A DNA stretch of 64,000 bases from Candidatus Thorarchaeota archaeon. GTDB lineage: Archaea > Asgardarchaeota > Thorarchaeia > Thorarchaeales > Thorarchaeaceae. The stretch's first letter is position 1; every line of letters starts with the position of its first letter. The DNA lies in contig JAGSHN010000016.1 in NCBI GenBank assembly GCA_029855935.1, positions 160,001 through 224,000 on the forward strand, written 5' to 3'. The position numbers and the translations under genes were made by a program. This document shows, piece after piece, positions 49,297 through 59,114 of this stretch. The notes beneath the pieces were generated by a model. That model did not search any database. It was not told the DNA's origin and was given only the letters and a program-made list of their open reading frames with translations.

Positions 49297-50646
49297 ATGA
49301 CCACCAACATTGTCGTCATAGGAATGGGTTACGTTGGCATACCCGCGGCCGCACTCCTCGCCGATGTCGAGGGATTCAACGTCACAGGGCTTCAGAGACG
49401 TTCGAAGCGCTCCGGCTGGAAGATAGAGGTACTGAACGCCGGGAAGTCACCGTTCGAGGGCGAGGAGCCTGGACTCGACGAACTCATTGCCAAGGTCGTT
49501 GCCAAGGGCACGTTTCGAGCAACTGATGATGTCGAGGTCCTCAGAGATGCTGACATCATCCTGATTGATGTACAGACACCTACAGATACTCTCAACATGC
49601 CCCAGTACGAGTCTCTCCGTGAGGTGAGCAAGAACATCGGGCAGCGCATCAAGAAGGGTGCACTTGTGGTAGTGGAGTCGACGGTCGCACCCGGAACCAC
49701 GCAGAACGTCGTGCAGAAGATCATCGAGCGAGAGTCAGGTCTGAAAGGTGGCGTCGACTTTGACCTCGCATTCTCCTACGAGCGGGTCATGCCCGGCAAG
49801 CTACTCGAGTACATCATCAACATGCCCCGTGTCGTTGGGGGAATAACCCCAAGGAGTACTGAGCGCGCTGTCGAACTCTATCGAAAGATTGTGAAGGAGA
49901 AGATATACACCACAGACACACTCTCAGCCGAGCTGGCAAAGACCATTGAGAACGCCTACCGTGATGTCAACATTGCCTTTGCGAACGAGATGGCCCTCGT
50001 CTGCGAGAGCCTCGGAGTCAACATCTATGAGATAATCGAACTGATCAACGCCCGTCCTGACAGGATGATGCACATCCCCGGTGCCGGTGTTGGTGGTCAC
50101 TGTCTCCCCAAGGACCCGTGGCTATTGAGATACGGCGTCTACGAGTATGGATCGTGGAAGGTCGAACCCGAGTTTATCTCACTGGCGCGCAGGGTCAACA
50201 ACCACATGCCCGTCCACACTGTGAACCTTGCTGAGAACGCGCTTGCCGCTAGGGGGGTCGACATTCAGGAGGCGGTTGTGACAGTTCTTGGGCTGGCCTA
50301 CCTCGAGAACTCGGATGACACGAGGAACACTCCGGCTGCGACAGTTGTATCGACTCTTCACAGCAAGGGTGCCACCGTCCGGATTCACGACCCCTACGTC
50401 CGCCAATGGGAGTTCACGCGACACGAGATTGAGCGCGACCTGTACAAGGCGTGCGAGGGCTCCGACTGTGTCGTTCTCGTGACAAAGCACAAGGAGTACT
50501 TCGACATAGACCTTGACCGGCTCAAGAGCATCATGCGGACGCCGATAATCGTTGACGGACGGAATGTCTTTGACCAGAAGGTAGTCGAGGAGAAGGGCTT
50601 CGAGTACAGAGGAATTGGCAAGGCCGGAATCCGGCCCATCCGATGA
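49297..50646 (+). CDS. Nucleotide-sugar dehydrogenase (UDP-GlcNAc/ManNAc 6-dehydrogenase, WecC/WbpA type)
   Basis: GMGYVG, ESTV.PGTT, ENAYRDVNIAFANE, GVGGHC. Confidence 0.92.
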   Translation: MTTNIVVIGMGYVGIPAAALLADVEGFNVTGLQRRSKRSGWKIEVLNAGKSPFEGEEPGLDELIAKVVAKGTFRATDDVEVLRDADIILIDVQTPTDTLNMPQYESLREVSKNIGQRIKKGALVVVESTVAPGTTQNVVQKIIERESGLKGGVDFDLAFSYERVMPGKLLEYIINMPRVVGGITPRSTERAVELYRKIVKEKIYTTDTLSAELAKTIENAYRDVNIAFANEMALVCESLGVNIYEIIELINARPDRMMHIPGAGVGGHCLPKDPWLLRYGVYEYGSWKVEPEFISLARRVNNHMPVHTVNLAENALAARGVDIQEAVVTVLGLAYLENSDDTRNTPAATVVSTLHSKGATVRIHDPYVRQWEFTRHEIERDLYKACEGSDCVVLVTKHKEYFDIDLDRLKSIMRTPIIVDGRNVFDQKVVEEKGFEYRGIGKAGIRPIR

Positions 50647-50679
50647 TTGCGTCAATTGCTCCATCTTGAAGCCCAGGAT

Positions 50680-51963
50680 CTACCGTCGGCCGGTCATCTG
50701 GCGACCCCTGTCGCGCTGGAGCGTGACCCTGTAGTACTGCAGGGTCCTCTCCACTGCAAGATCCACTGTTTCCTGACGTGCATAATCACGAAGTCTCCGA
50801 GAGACGTTCTCGCGTGACTTGCTGCTGATGAGCAGTTCAATCAGTGCTCTCGCAAGGTCATCCGGGCTCCCCATACGGAAGAGCACGAGGCTCCCACCCA
50901 GACTCTCCCTCATATGCAGCCCGACATCGGCTGCGACAATGGGAATGCCGTACGACGCGAAGTTGTGTGCTGGTCCGCTCACGCCGACACTCTCCTGATA
51001 CGGGAGGAGTATCACACTGGCTGACGCGAAGTAGTCTGGTACTCTCTCCTCCGGAACGAACATAGTGTCGAACCTGACCCACCTGCCGAGTTGCTTCTCC
51101 CTCACGAGGGTCTTCAGTTCCTCCAGATACATCCGTCCGGCGCGGTCTACTGGCGTGCCAGCGATGAGCAGCAGGACGTTGTCAACACGATATCTGACCC
51201 TCTCAATTGCACGGATGGCCACCTCGAGTCCCTTCCCGGGTCGGATGAATCCGAAGGAGAGGACAACCTCACGTCCGGTGGTCCCAGTCCTCTGCCTCAC
51301 CTCGTCGGGAGAAACGGTCAGTTCCTCGTTCTTGCACGGATGAGGGATCTCCAGAACCTTTTCCGGTGCCACGCCGTACTCTCTGAGGAATCGTGTCCGG
51401 AGAGTCGAGCCAAGTCTTGCAGTGCTGAGCTGAATCGTGTCGGTCACGAGGTCCATGACCTTTACGTAGAGCCGAAACAGGGCGGGGGCAAGAACGGAGA
51501 GGCGCCCGATGAGACGGTACGTGCTGATTCGTTCAGCCACCTGTTCTGGCATCCAAGTGGAGTGTGATGTCAGAGTCGTTCTGATTCCCATCAGTTTCAA
51601 CAGAAGCAACAGGAGGAACATGACCTCCCCGAACATCCCGCCATAGATGCGTCTGTCGGGGCCGAACTGGACATGGACAATGTGTGGCCGTAGCCTCTTG
51701 ATCAGCCGTGCCAGACGGAGGGGATACAGCACATCATCTCCCCGCCACACGGGGAACACCCTAACATTCTCGGGATACCCGTCTGTTCTTGCTCCCGGTC
51801 CCGCGATGGCGAAGATGCGGACTCCTCTGGCTGCAAGACCACGGATCAGAGCCTCGGTGTACGGGGCCTCCCCTGCTCTCTCAGGAGGCAGCGGGGATAT
51901 CATCACCACTCGGAGCATCACTCCACCGCTCCCAATCACATTGAAAAGGGTTTTCAGAGCCAT
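50680..51963 (-). CDS. Glycosyltransferase family 4
   Basis: FGFIRPGKG.E, LPY...G.SG; start may be the internal MLRVVM. Confidence 0.85.
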   Translation of the reverse strand: MALKTLFNVIGSGGVMLRVVMISPLPPERAGEAPYTEALIRGLAARGVRIFAIAGPGARTDGYPENVRVFPVWRGDDVLYPLRLARLIKRLRPHIVHVQFGPDRRIYGGMFGEVMFLLLLLLKLMGIRTTLTSHSTWMPEQVAERISTYRLIGRLSVLAPALFRLYVKVMDLVTDTIQLSTARLGSTLRTRFLREYGVAPEKVLEIPHPCKNEELTVSPDEVRQRTGTTGREVVLSFGFIRPGKGLEVAIRAIERVRYRVDNVLLLIAGTPVDRAGRMYLEELKTLVREKQLGRWVRFDTMFVPEERVPDYFASASVILLPYQESVGVSGPAHNFASYGIPIVAADVGLHMRESLGGSLVLFRMGSPDDLARALIELLISSKSRENVSRRLRDYARQETVDLAVERTLQYYRVTLQRDRGRQMTGRR

Positions 51964-52012
51964 TCACGAGGGGCAAGGCATCGTCCCTCCACCCATCTTC
52001 GGAAGTGCTGTG

Positions 52013-53560
52013 ATGTCAATCGACGAGTCTGTGGCAAGCAGGGGAACGACAGCGCTGCTCGGACAGTCGCTGGTGTCCGGCTTGCTGCGTGTCGTCAACA
52101 TCATGGTGCTGACGCGTCTGCTCTTTCAGTCGGAGATGGGTCAGGTCGCAGTCCTCGCGATTATCTACGGAGTGATGCAATTCTTGGGCGCCGCCGGACT
52201 GAATCATGCGGCCCCACTCATCATCCCCCAAGAGGAGAGCGCTGGCAGACCCGACAGGGCGTGGGGCTTCGTCCGCCGCTCGGTGGCGATTGTGACTCTG
52301 ACCTCTGCGGTCCTTGTCGCTCTCTTCCTCGTCCTCTCGCCCTTCCTCGTACCACCGACGGTTCTTGACATCTTTGTTCTTCGTCTGGTCGGACTGATCT
52401 GCCCGTTCTCAGCGATGGAGGTCTTTCTCGACTCGGTGCTTCTCGCTCGATACGAGGTGCGCAGGCTTGCTGCGGGCCGGATAGTCTTCGATGGCACACG
52501 GGTCACTGCGACGGTCGGTCTTGTGATTGCCGGCGCTGGAGTACAGGGTGTGGCGGCGGGATGGCTCCTTGCGGAGATTGCTGCGGTCCTCGTGTTCGGA
52601 CTCTCCATCGTGCGCAGTCGTGACATGTCCAGTGCGCCTATCGAGATGCGTCCCGTGCTTGTGTTTGCTCTGTCGAGCCTGCTGTTTCAGGCGATAGATG
52701 TCACAATTCAGAACACTGACCGTGTGATCCTGTTGATGCTCACCGACCTGACGACGCTTGGAGTCTACGATGTGATGCTGGGCATCCTGTTCATGATGAG
52801 CTTTGTCTCCCTCGGTCTGTCCACGGCGCTGTATCCCGTGTTGACACGGATTCGAGCGCGCAGCGAGGCCGAGGGTCGTGTTGAGGATGTTGGGCTGGCT
52901 GTCGCCACCCTGTTCAGGTACGTCCTGCTGATCTTGATTCCGGCGGCGTTCATCGGCGGCCTCAACGCGTATCTCTTCATCCGCGCCCTGTTCGGTCCCG
53001 CCTACGCGGACTTCCCGCAGGCGGCACTCTCCTTCTCCATCCTGATCTTCTCGTACGCCGCGTGGGGCATTGTCTACGCACTACACTCCGTCCTGCGTTC
53101 GATGGGCGAGTCCAAGTTCTTCCTCGTCGCAGGGATTCTGATAATCTCCATAGAGGTAGTGATGTGCTGGTTCCTGACAGGGCTGCTTGGTCTTCTTGGA
53201 GCGGCAATCACAAGATGCGTATACGTGACGCTCCTGTTCGTCGGCTCCCTGTATCGGGCCCGCTCCCTCGGGGTCCGCCAGCTCGCCCGTCTTGGCCCCA
53301 CTGTGGCACGGCTGTCCGTCGCATCTCTCCTTGCGTCCCTTGTCATATTCATCGTGGGGCCGACGACGCTTCTCTCGGTCGGTCTGTGGTCTGTTCTTGC
53401 TCTGCTCGTCTATGTTGTCCTTCTCTTCGTCGTCAGGGAGGTGCAGCCAATCGACTTCAGGGTCGCCCGTCACATCCTCCCTATGCCTCTGCACGGCGTA
53501 CTGGCACGAATCGAGTGGGCCTACCTGGGCCGGAGCAACGACTCCCAGAGCGTTTCGTAG
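52013..53560 (+). CDS. Oligosaccharide flippase (Wzx/MOP family)
   Basis: LTRLL...EMG, D......LGVY, P.L, FG..Y; start ATG 52013. Confidence 0.85.
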   Translation: MSIDESVASRGTTALLGQSLVSGLLRVVNIMVLTRLLFQSEMGQVAVLAIIYGVMQFLGAAGLNHAAPLIIPQEESAGRPDRAWGFVRRSVAIVTLTSAVLVALFLVLSPFLVPPTVLDIFVLRLVGLICPFSAMEVFLDSVLLARYEVRRLAAGRIVFDGTRVTATVGLVIAGAGVQGVAAGWLLAEIAAVLVFGLSIVRSRDMSSAPIEMRPVLVFALSSLLFQAIDVTIQNTDRVILLMLTDLTTLGVYDVMLGILFMMSFVSLGLSTALYPVLTRIRARSEAEGRVEDVGLAVATLFRYVLLILIPAAFIGGLNAYLFIRALFGPAYADFPQAALSFSILIFSYAAWGIVYALHSVLRSMGESKFFLVAGILIISIEVVMCWFLTGLLGLLGAAITRCVYVTLLFVGSLYRARSLGVRQLARLGPTVARLSVASLLASLVIFIVGPTTLLSVGLWSVLALLVYVVLLFVVREVQPIDFRVARHILPMPLHGVLARIEWAYLGRSNDSQSVS

Positions 53561-54597
53561 GTGTCGACGAGGCTCTCCCAGGTGAGTGCGGAGGCGAATG
53601 CGACACACCTCCTCACGAGGCTGGCGTACCGTTGCATATCCCACTCCATCACACGCCGAATCTGTCTGGCAATGCCCTCTGGCGATGTCTGAATGGAGAT
53701 GGGTCCGCCCGCATCGAGGACTCCCCTGAAATACCTGTACCTGAGAGGAGTGTTCGCGTAGCCGATGACCGGTACGCCGTACGACATCGCTGTGAGAATT
53801 GACAGATAGCCGCCAGCGAGGCACAGAGAGGCCCGTCTGAAGAACGGGCGAGGGTCGGCAACGTTCCCTGTGAATGTCACGTCAACGGCAAGTGACTCTG
53901 CGAGTTCCCTCAGTTCTCGCTCGGCCTCTCCGGCTCCCACAATTGTCAGATGCTGTTCCACGTCCCACCTATCCCTCAGTATGCTCATTGCCCGAATGTA
54001 GGCGTCGATGCCGATGTCAGGTCGTAGCTGACCGACAAAGATGATGCCCCCCTCTCTCTTCTCCGTCTTCGGAACCTCTACGCGCTCTGTCGCGCCAAGT
54101 GTGATATAATCGCAGGTGATTCGGTAACACTGTTCGATGAACGAGCCAATACAGAGCGCTCTTCGGACGAGCCGTCTGGCCACGTGCCGCAGGAAGACGA
54201 AGAGTGACGGGACAGGATCCCGCTCGTATCCGTGGAAGGTCACAGCAGTGCGTTGTCGCGCTGCTGACAGCAGGATTGGCAGGCTCCAGAAGAGCAGTGG
54301 GAACGTGTCGTGGATGTGAATAATGTCAGCTCTCTTCCACAACCTCCTGTTGAAGAACATCCACAGTGTGGCCAGCGGTGGCACACGACTCCATCGAGGG
54401 GGCATTCTGACTATCTCTGTGCCATCTCTGACCTCCGTCCGCCTTACCCCCTCCCTGGCCGAGCTGGTTATCACCGTCGTGCGGTATCCGCGTCTGTTGA
54501 GCAGGGAGCACAGCCTCTCAAGATGGCGCTCGACCCCGCCAATCTCAGGCCAGTACCTCTCCGCTATCATCACGACGCTTCTCTGTCCCCGGGTCAA
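53521..54597 (-). CDS. Glycosyltransferase family 4
   Basis: YWPEIGGVE.H, FVGQL, VGAG, YLSIL.AMS.G.PV. Confidence 0.85.
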   Translation of the reverse strand: MTRGQRSVVMIAERYWPEIGGVERHLERLCSLLNRRGYRTTVITSSAREGVRRTEVRDGTEIVRMPPRWSRVPPLATLWMFFNRRLWKRADIIHIHDTFPLLFWSLPILLSAARQRTAVTFHGYERDPVPSLFVFLRHVARRLVRRALCIGSFIEQCYRITCDYITLGATERVEVPKTEKREGGIIFVGQLRPDIGIDAYIRAMSILRDRWDVEQHLTIVGAGEAERELRELAESLAVDVTFTGNVADPRPFFRRASLCLAGGYLSILTAMSYGVPVIGYANTPLRYRYFRGVLDAGGPISIQTSPEGIARQIRRVMEWDMQRYASLVRRCVAFASALTWESLVDTYETLWESLLRPR

Positions 54598-54700
54598 GAA
54601 TGATCCCGGCCCGAGGTGGGCAACACACCGTATTAAGGGCAGTTGTCACCGATGGCTGAGGCATCGGCACGGGACCGGTGGTTTCCTGCCTGCCCCTCTG

Positions 54701-54928
54701 TCACGTCATCCGCTCGAACTTGAGCGAGATCGGGGTATCGCAGTACGGGCATCTCACAGTGGTGGGGCCGACCCATTCCACAGTGCTCTGACTGATAGAG
54801 CCTCCGCAGTTCGGGCACCGCTCAGGCAGTCGTGGGAGTACCACAACGGTATCGGGTGCAGGCTGCTCAGCAGCACTGCTCTCCACCCTGTATCTCCGCT
54901 TTCTTCGCGATCTGTGTCCGCATCCCAT
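54701..54928 (-). CDS. Small double-CxxC zinc-ribbon protein
   Basis: CPNCGG...EWVGP...CPYC; GAGGTG SD 10 nt upstream, and an in-frame stop just upstream fixes the start. Confidence 0.7.
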   Translation of the reverse strand: MGCGHRSRRKRRYRVESSAAEQPAPDTVVVLPRLPERCPNCGGSISQSTVEWVGPTTVRCPYCDTPISLKFERMT

Positions 54929-55096
54929 GTCTTCTATTCACCTCGGCGTGCGTCGACGTGAGTGACAGCGCGGCACTTGTTCGACTCTTGCCCGCGGAGT
55001 ATCGGTGGTTCGGCTTCCCGCGAGCTCCTAGGACCTGTGAAGTGCCATATGCAGGCCACTACCGTCTGCATCACTCACCAGTCGCAGTGTTCATCT

Positions 55097-55187
55097 ATAA
55101 ATATATCGGTGTAGATATATCTAGCACGGTGGGCAATGATCTTCGCGGTACAGGCCCAAAGGCATAAATATATCTGACCCGATACAT
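55097..55187. promoter_or_regulatory. Two palindromic operator-like sites overlapping TATA-like elements
   Basis: ATAA-ATATATC-ggtgta-GATATAT (55097-55120) and ATAA-ATATATC-tgaccc-GATACAT (55164-55187). Confidence 0.7.
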
Positions 55188-55319
55188 TGTCGATGAGAGT
55201 ATCGGCGGGCTCACATGCCAGAGCGGGTCGTGACCCTTGAACTGCCCCCGTGGCGGTCCACGGACACGTGGTCATTCTCGGTGTTGCCTTGGGTCGGCCG
55301 ACTGAGGAGATGATGATGG

Positions 55320-57383
55320 ATGAATGATTCTCACAAGAGTATGGACCACAGGCAGCATGCTCAGGCCGGGAAGCCGGCTCACAAGAAGGGTCACAGCGGA
55401 CACGATCACCACAAGATGATGGCGAGGGACTTCAGGAAGCGCTTCATAGTGTCGATGATAGTCACCCCGCCAGTCGTGATTCTGTCACCACTGGTACGGA
55501 CTCTACTTGGCCTTGACTTTCTGTCATTCCCAGGTGACCTGTACGTACTGTTTCTGCTCTCCACGTTTGTCTACGTGTATGGCGGTCTACCATTTCTGAA
55601 GGGACTGGTAGACGAGTTGCGCAAGCATCAGCCCGGGATGATGACCCTCGTCGCCGTGGCCATCTCGGTCGCCTACATCTACAGTGCGGCCGTGGTCTTT
55701 GGTCTTGAGGGCACCATGTTCTTCTGGGAGCTTGTGACACTGATTGACATAATGCTGCTGGGCCACTGGGTTGAGATGCGCTCAGTGATGGGCGCGTCAC
55801 GGGCGCTTGAGGCGCTCGTCAAGCTACTACCGACAACAGCTCATCTTGTGAGGCCTGACGGGACCGTGGAGGATGTTGATGCTGCAACACTGCAGAAGGG
55901 CGACGTGGTACTGGTCAAGCCGGGCGAGCGCGTTCCCTCCGATGGCGTTGTGATCAAGGGACGCACGAGCATGAACGAGTCGATGATCACAGGCGAGTCA
56001 CGTCCTGTGGACAAGCAGCCCGGCGATGAGGTGATTGGTGGTGCCATCAACGGTGATGGCAGCATCGAGATTGAGATCAGAAAGGTCGGGAGCGAGACCT
56101 ATCTCGCTCAGGTCATCGACCTTGTACGTGAGGCACAGGAGAGCCGCTCGAGGACACAGGACCTGGCGAACAGGGCGGCATTTGCTCTGACCGTGATTGC
56201 ACTGGTTGTCGGTTCGATCACTCTCTCGGTCTGGCTCAGTGTCGGCCAGCCTCTACAGTTCGGGATAGAGAGGGCAGTGACGGTGATGGTGATTACCTGT
56301 CCACACGCTCTGGGCCTCGCAGTGCCTCTTGTCGTGTCCGTATCGACGACGGCCTCCGCCCAGAACGGTCTTCTCATACGTGACCGAGCAGCCTTCGAGC
56401 GTGCCCGCGGCCTGCAGGCCGTCGTCTTCGACAAGACCGGGACCCTGACAGAGGGGCAGTTCTCGGTGGCCGAGGTGATACCACTGTCGGACATGCAAGA
56501 CTCGGAGATTCTCCGTCTTGCGGCATCCGTTGAGGCTCAGTCCGAGCATCCCATTGCACAGGGTGTCGTGCGAGGAGCCGAGGAGCGTGGCATTCGTCCC
56601 CCGAAGGTCGATGGCTTCAAGGCTCTACCGGGACAGGGCGCGACGGGCAGGGTCGAGGGCTACGAGGTGGTGGTGGTGAGTCCGGGCTACGTCCGTGAGC
56701 ACGGTGGCCTGCCGGAGAACGAGAGACTGACGGAGATCTCGAAGAAGGGTCACACGGTCGTGTACGTGATTGTCGATGGCAAGACTGTCGGTGCTCTCGC
56801 CCTCGCTGATGTGATACGTCAGGAGTCGAAGGAGGCAATCGCACAGCTAAGGAGGATGGGCGTCCGCGCTATGATGCTGACGGGAGACAACAGACACGTT
56901 GCCAAGTGGGTCGCTGAGGAGCTCGGTCTTGATGACTACTTTGCTGAGGTCTTACCTCACGAGAAGTCCGAGAAGATCAAGGAGATTCAGGCGCGGGGCC
57001 TGACGGTCGCAATGGTCGGCGATGGTATCAATGACGCGCCTGCTCTCGCACAGGCTGATGTGGGCATCGCCATCGGCGCGGGCACCGATGTCGCAATCGA
57101 GACCGCGGACATAATACTCGTGAGGAACGACCCGCGGGATGTTGTTGCCATCCTTGGCCTTGCCAGAGCAACCTACAGGAAGATGGTCGAGAACCTTGTC
57201 TGGGCAACGGGTTACAACGCGTTTGCAATACCCCTCGCCGCGGGAGTGCTGTACTTCATGGGCATCCTTCTGAGCCCTGCAATGGGCGCGGTCCTGATGT
57301 CCCTGAGCACTGTAATCGTGGCCATCAATGCTCGACTGCTGAAGGTCCCGTCCAGAGAGGAGACTGCTGAGAGAGCAGTCTGA
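55320..57383 (+). CDS. copB: Copper-translocating P1B-3 ATPase (CopB)
   Basis: His-rich N-terminus, TGES, CPH, DKTGTLT, SEHP, GDGIND, YN, MSLST. Confidence 0.93.
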   Translation: MNDSHKSMDHRQHAQAGKPAHKKGHSGHDHHKMMARDFRKRFIVSMIVTPPVVILSPLVRTLLGLDFLSFPGDLYVLFLLSTFVYVYGGLPFLKGLVDELRKHQPGMMTLVAVAISVAYIYSAAVVFGLEGTMFFWELVTLIDIMLLGHWVEMRSVMGASRALEALVKLLPTTAHLVRPDGTVEDVDAATLQKGDVVLVKPGERVPSDGVVIKGRTSMNESMITGESRPVDKQPGDEVIGGAINGDGSIEIEIRKVGSETYLAQVIDLVREAQESRSRTQDLANRAAFALTVIALVVGSITLSVWLSVGQPLQFGIERAVTVMVITCPHALGLAVPLVVSVSTTASAQNGLLIRDRAAFERARGLQAVVFDKTGTLTEGQFSVAEVIPLSDMQDSEILRLAASVEAQSEHPIAQGVVRGAEERGIRPPKVDGFKALPGQGATGRVEGYEVVVVSPGYVREHGGLPENERLTEISKKGHTVVYVIVDGKTVGALALADVIRQESKEAIAQLRRMGVRAMMLTGDNRHVAKWVAEELGLDDYFAEVLPHEKSEKIKEIQARGLTVAMVGDGINDAPALAQADVGIAIGAGTDVAIETADIILVRNDPRDVVAILGLARATYRKMVENLVWATGYNAFAIPLAAGVLYFMGILLSPAMGAVLMSLSTVIVAINARLLKVPSREETAERAV

Positions 57384-57547
57384 GCAGTTCGATGTCTGAC
57401 CGTTGTCGTCTACCCAGAGGAGAGGGCACCTGTTGTCTCTCTCCTCCCCCGATGGTCTTGGCACGTGGAGCGTCTGCCCGCCAACGTAGAACGTGCCGTA
57501 GCAATCATATCGCTATGGTGTCTGTTGTTCAGACGCGGAGCGGTCAG

Positions 57548-58714
57548 TCATTCTAGACCTCTATATACACGAAGCAGTTTCTCGGACTCTCGGCCCCAGT
57601 TGAACCGCGACCTGACTAGCTCCTGCGACTTCTCCGAGATCTTGCGGCGCAGCTCCGTGTCCTCTGAGAGTGTACGGATTGCCTCTGCGAGTTCCTCGGA
57701 GATGATAGGATTGCTGACCACGACTGCTCCAACCCTCTGCAGTATTGGCAGGGACTGGGTGAGTCTTGTGAAGATCATCGGGATTCCGAGCATCATATAC
57801 TCGAAGAGCTTGTTCGGAACGGCGAGGTTGTTGTTCCGAATCTTGCCGTACAGTCCAACTGCGAGGTCGCACTGTGCGGTCTTCGAGATGAGTTCCTCAA
57901 AACTGACCTGTCCTGTGAAGACGAACATCTCCTCTAGGCCGCGTTCCTTGACAATTGCCTGTAGCCGCTCAAGGAATGGGCCGCCGCCTATTATCCAGAA
58001 CTCGTACCTGCCGGGGCTGTTCTGCTTGAGGATCTCGGCAGCACTGACAAGTTCCTCGTAGCCCCTGTATAGCAGGACGTTGCCTGAGTAGGCGATTCTG
58101 ACTGGCCTGTGGATCTCTGTCGGCTGACATGTGGGGACAGCCTTGAGTCGTTCTCTTATGCCATGCACATCGGGGACGTTCATGACAACCTCAGTAGGTG
58201 CGTGTATCCGACGTTGCAGCACCGAGGCTATCAACGGCCCGACTGTGATCACCCGGTCGACAAATAGCCCGCAGAGGAGCTCCAGAACGAGGAATGCGAG
58301 GTACGCCACCTTGGACACCTTGTCCAGTGCGGCCTCGGGAAAGAGTTCGTGTGAGTCGTACACAAGCCTCGTTCTTGGCGAGACTATCTTCAGCAGCACA
58401 GCGGGTGGCAGACCCGTGAGGTCGTGTGCATGGACTATGTCAATCTGGCCCCTCCGGGATAGCAGGGCCCGAATGGCAGCAATCCAGAATCTCAACAGAT
58501 GGGTCTTCGAGGCTCGACGCCGAATTGGCACTTTCGTGACGGAGACTCTACGGATACCTTGGAGGTTATTGACCTCTCTCATCAACCAGTCAGTGTCATA
58601 GACGGTCACCTCATACCCAGCGCTGGCGAGGGCCCGTGCCTCCCTCTTCACTCGTGTGTCGAAGGGCAGGGACCCGTAGAGTACCATTGCCACGCGTCTA
58701 CGTCTGTTGGTCAT
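57548..58714 (-). CDS. Glycosyltransferase family 4
   Basis: DTRVKREA..L, HAHD, YDSHE, PNKLFEYM, FNW; start probably ATG 58714. Confidence 0.9.
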   Translation of the reverse strand: MTNRRRRVAMVLYGSLPFDTRVKREARALASAGYEVTVYDTDWLMREVNNLQGIRRVSVTKVPIRRRASKTHLLRFWIAAIRALLSRRGQIDIVHAHDLTGLPPAVLLKIVSPRTRLVYDSHELFPEAALDKVSKVAYLAFLVLELLCGLFVDRVITVGPLIASVLQRRIHAPTEVVMNVPDVHGIRERLKAVPTCQPTEIHRPVRIAYSGNVLLYRGYEELVSAAEILKQNSPGRYEFWIIGGGPFLERLQAIVKERGLEEMFVFTGQVSFEELISKTAQCDLAVGLYGKIRNNNLAVPNKLFEYMMLGIPMIFTRLTQSLPILQRVGAVVVSNPIISEELAEAIRTLSEDTELRRKISEKSQELVRSRFNWGRESEKLLRVYRGLE

Positions 58715-59114
58715 TTGAATCAGCCAGTGTGCTTCTTGCTGCGAAGATGCGGGTGCCAATCGGCACATCCCTCGAAGCCGCTGTCTCAGACACCACGCCG
58801 GTCGCTTCCATCTCTGTCAGTGAGTCAATATGAGATCACAATCGTGGTGAGCGGCCTCTGAGCCTGTCGGGACGCGGCACACTCAGATACAGCGAGATAC
58901 TCTGTCGCCCCATCACTCTCCTAATATGCGTTCCTAATTGACACAGGTCCGGGCAAGTTCCTCAACGCCACCTGTTCGGGTCTCGCGCCTGTCGCAACGT
59001 CGTCGTGCCCGTTTCCATAGTGTGGGTCTGGTATCGTCACAACGTATTTGAAGCCGTGCCCATCGTCTTGTTGTCACTCCCCGGGACTGGGAGTCTGAGC
59101 ACGAGGTCTGAGTC

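Noticed and set aside
51647-52012. 122-aa N-terminal extension of the flippase
   Set aside because: Overlaps the divergent GT4 on the opposite strand; flippase similarity starts at ATG 52013.
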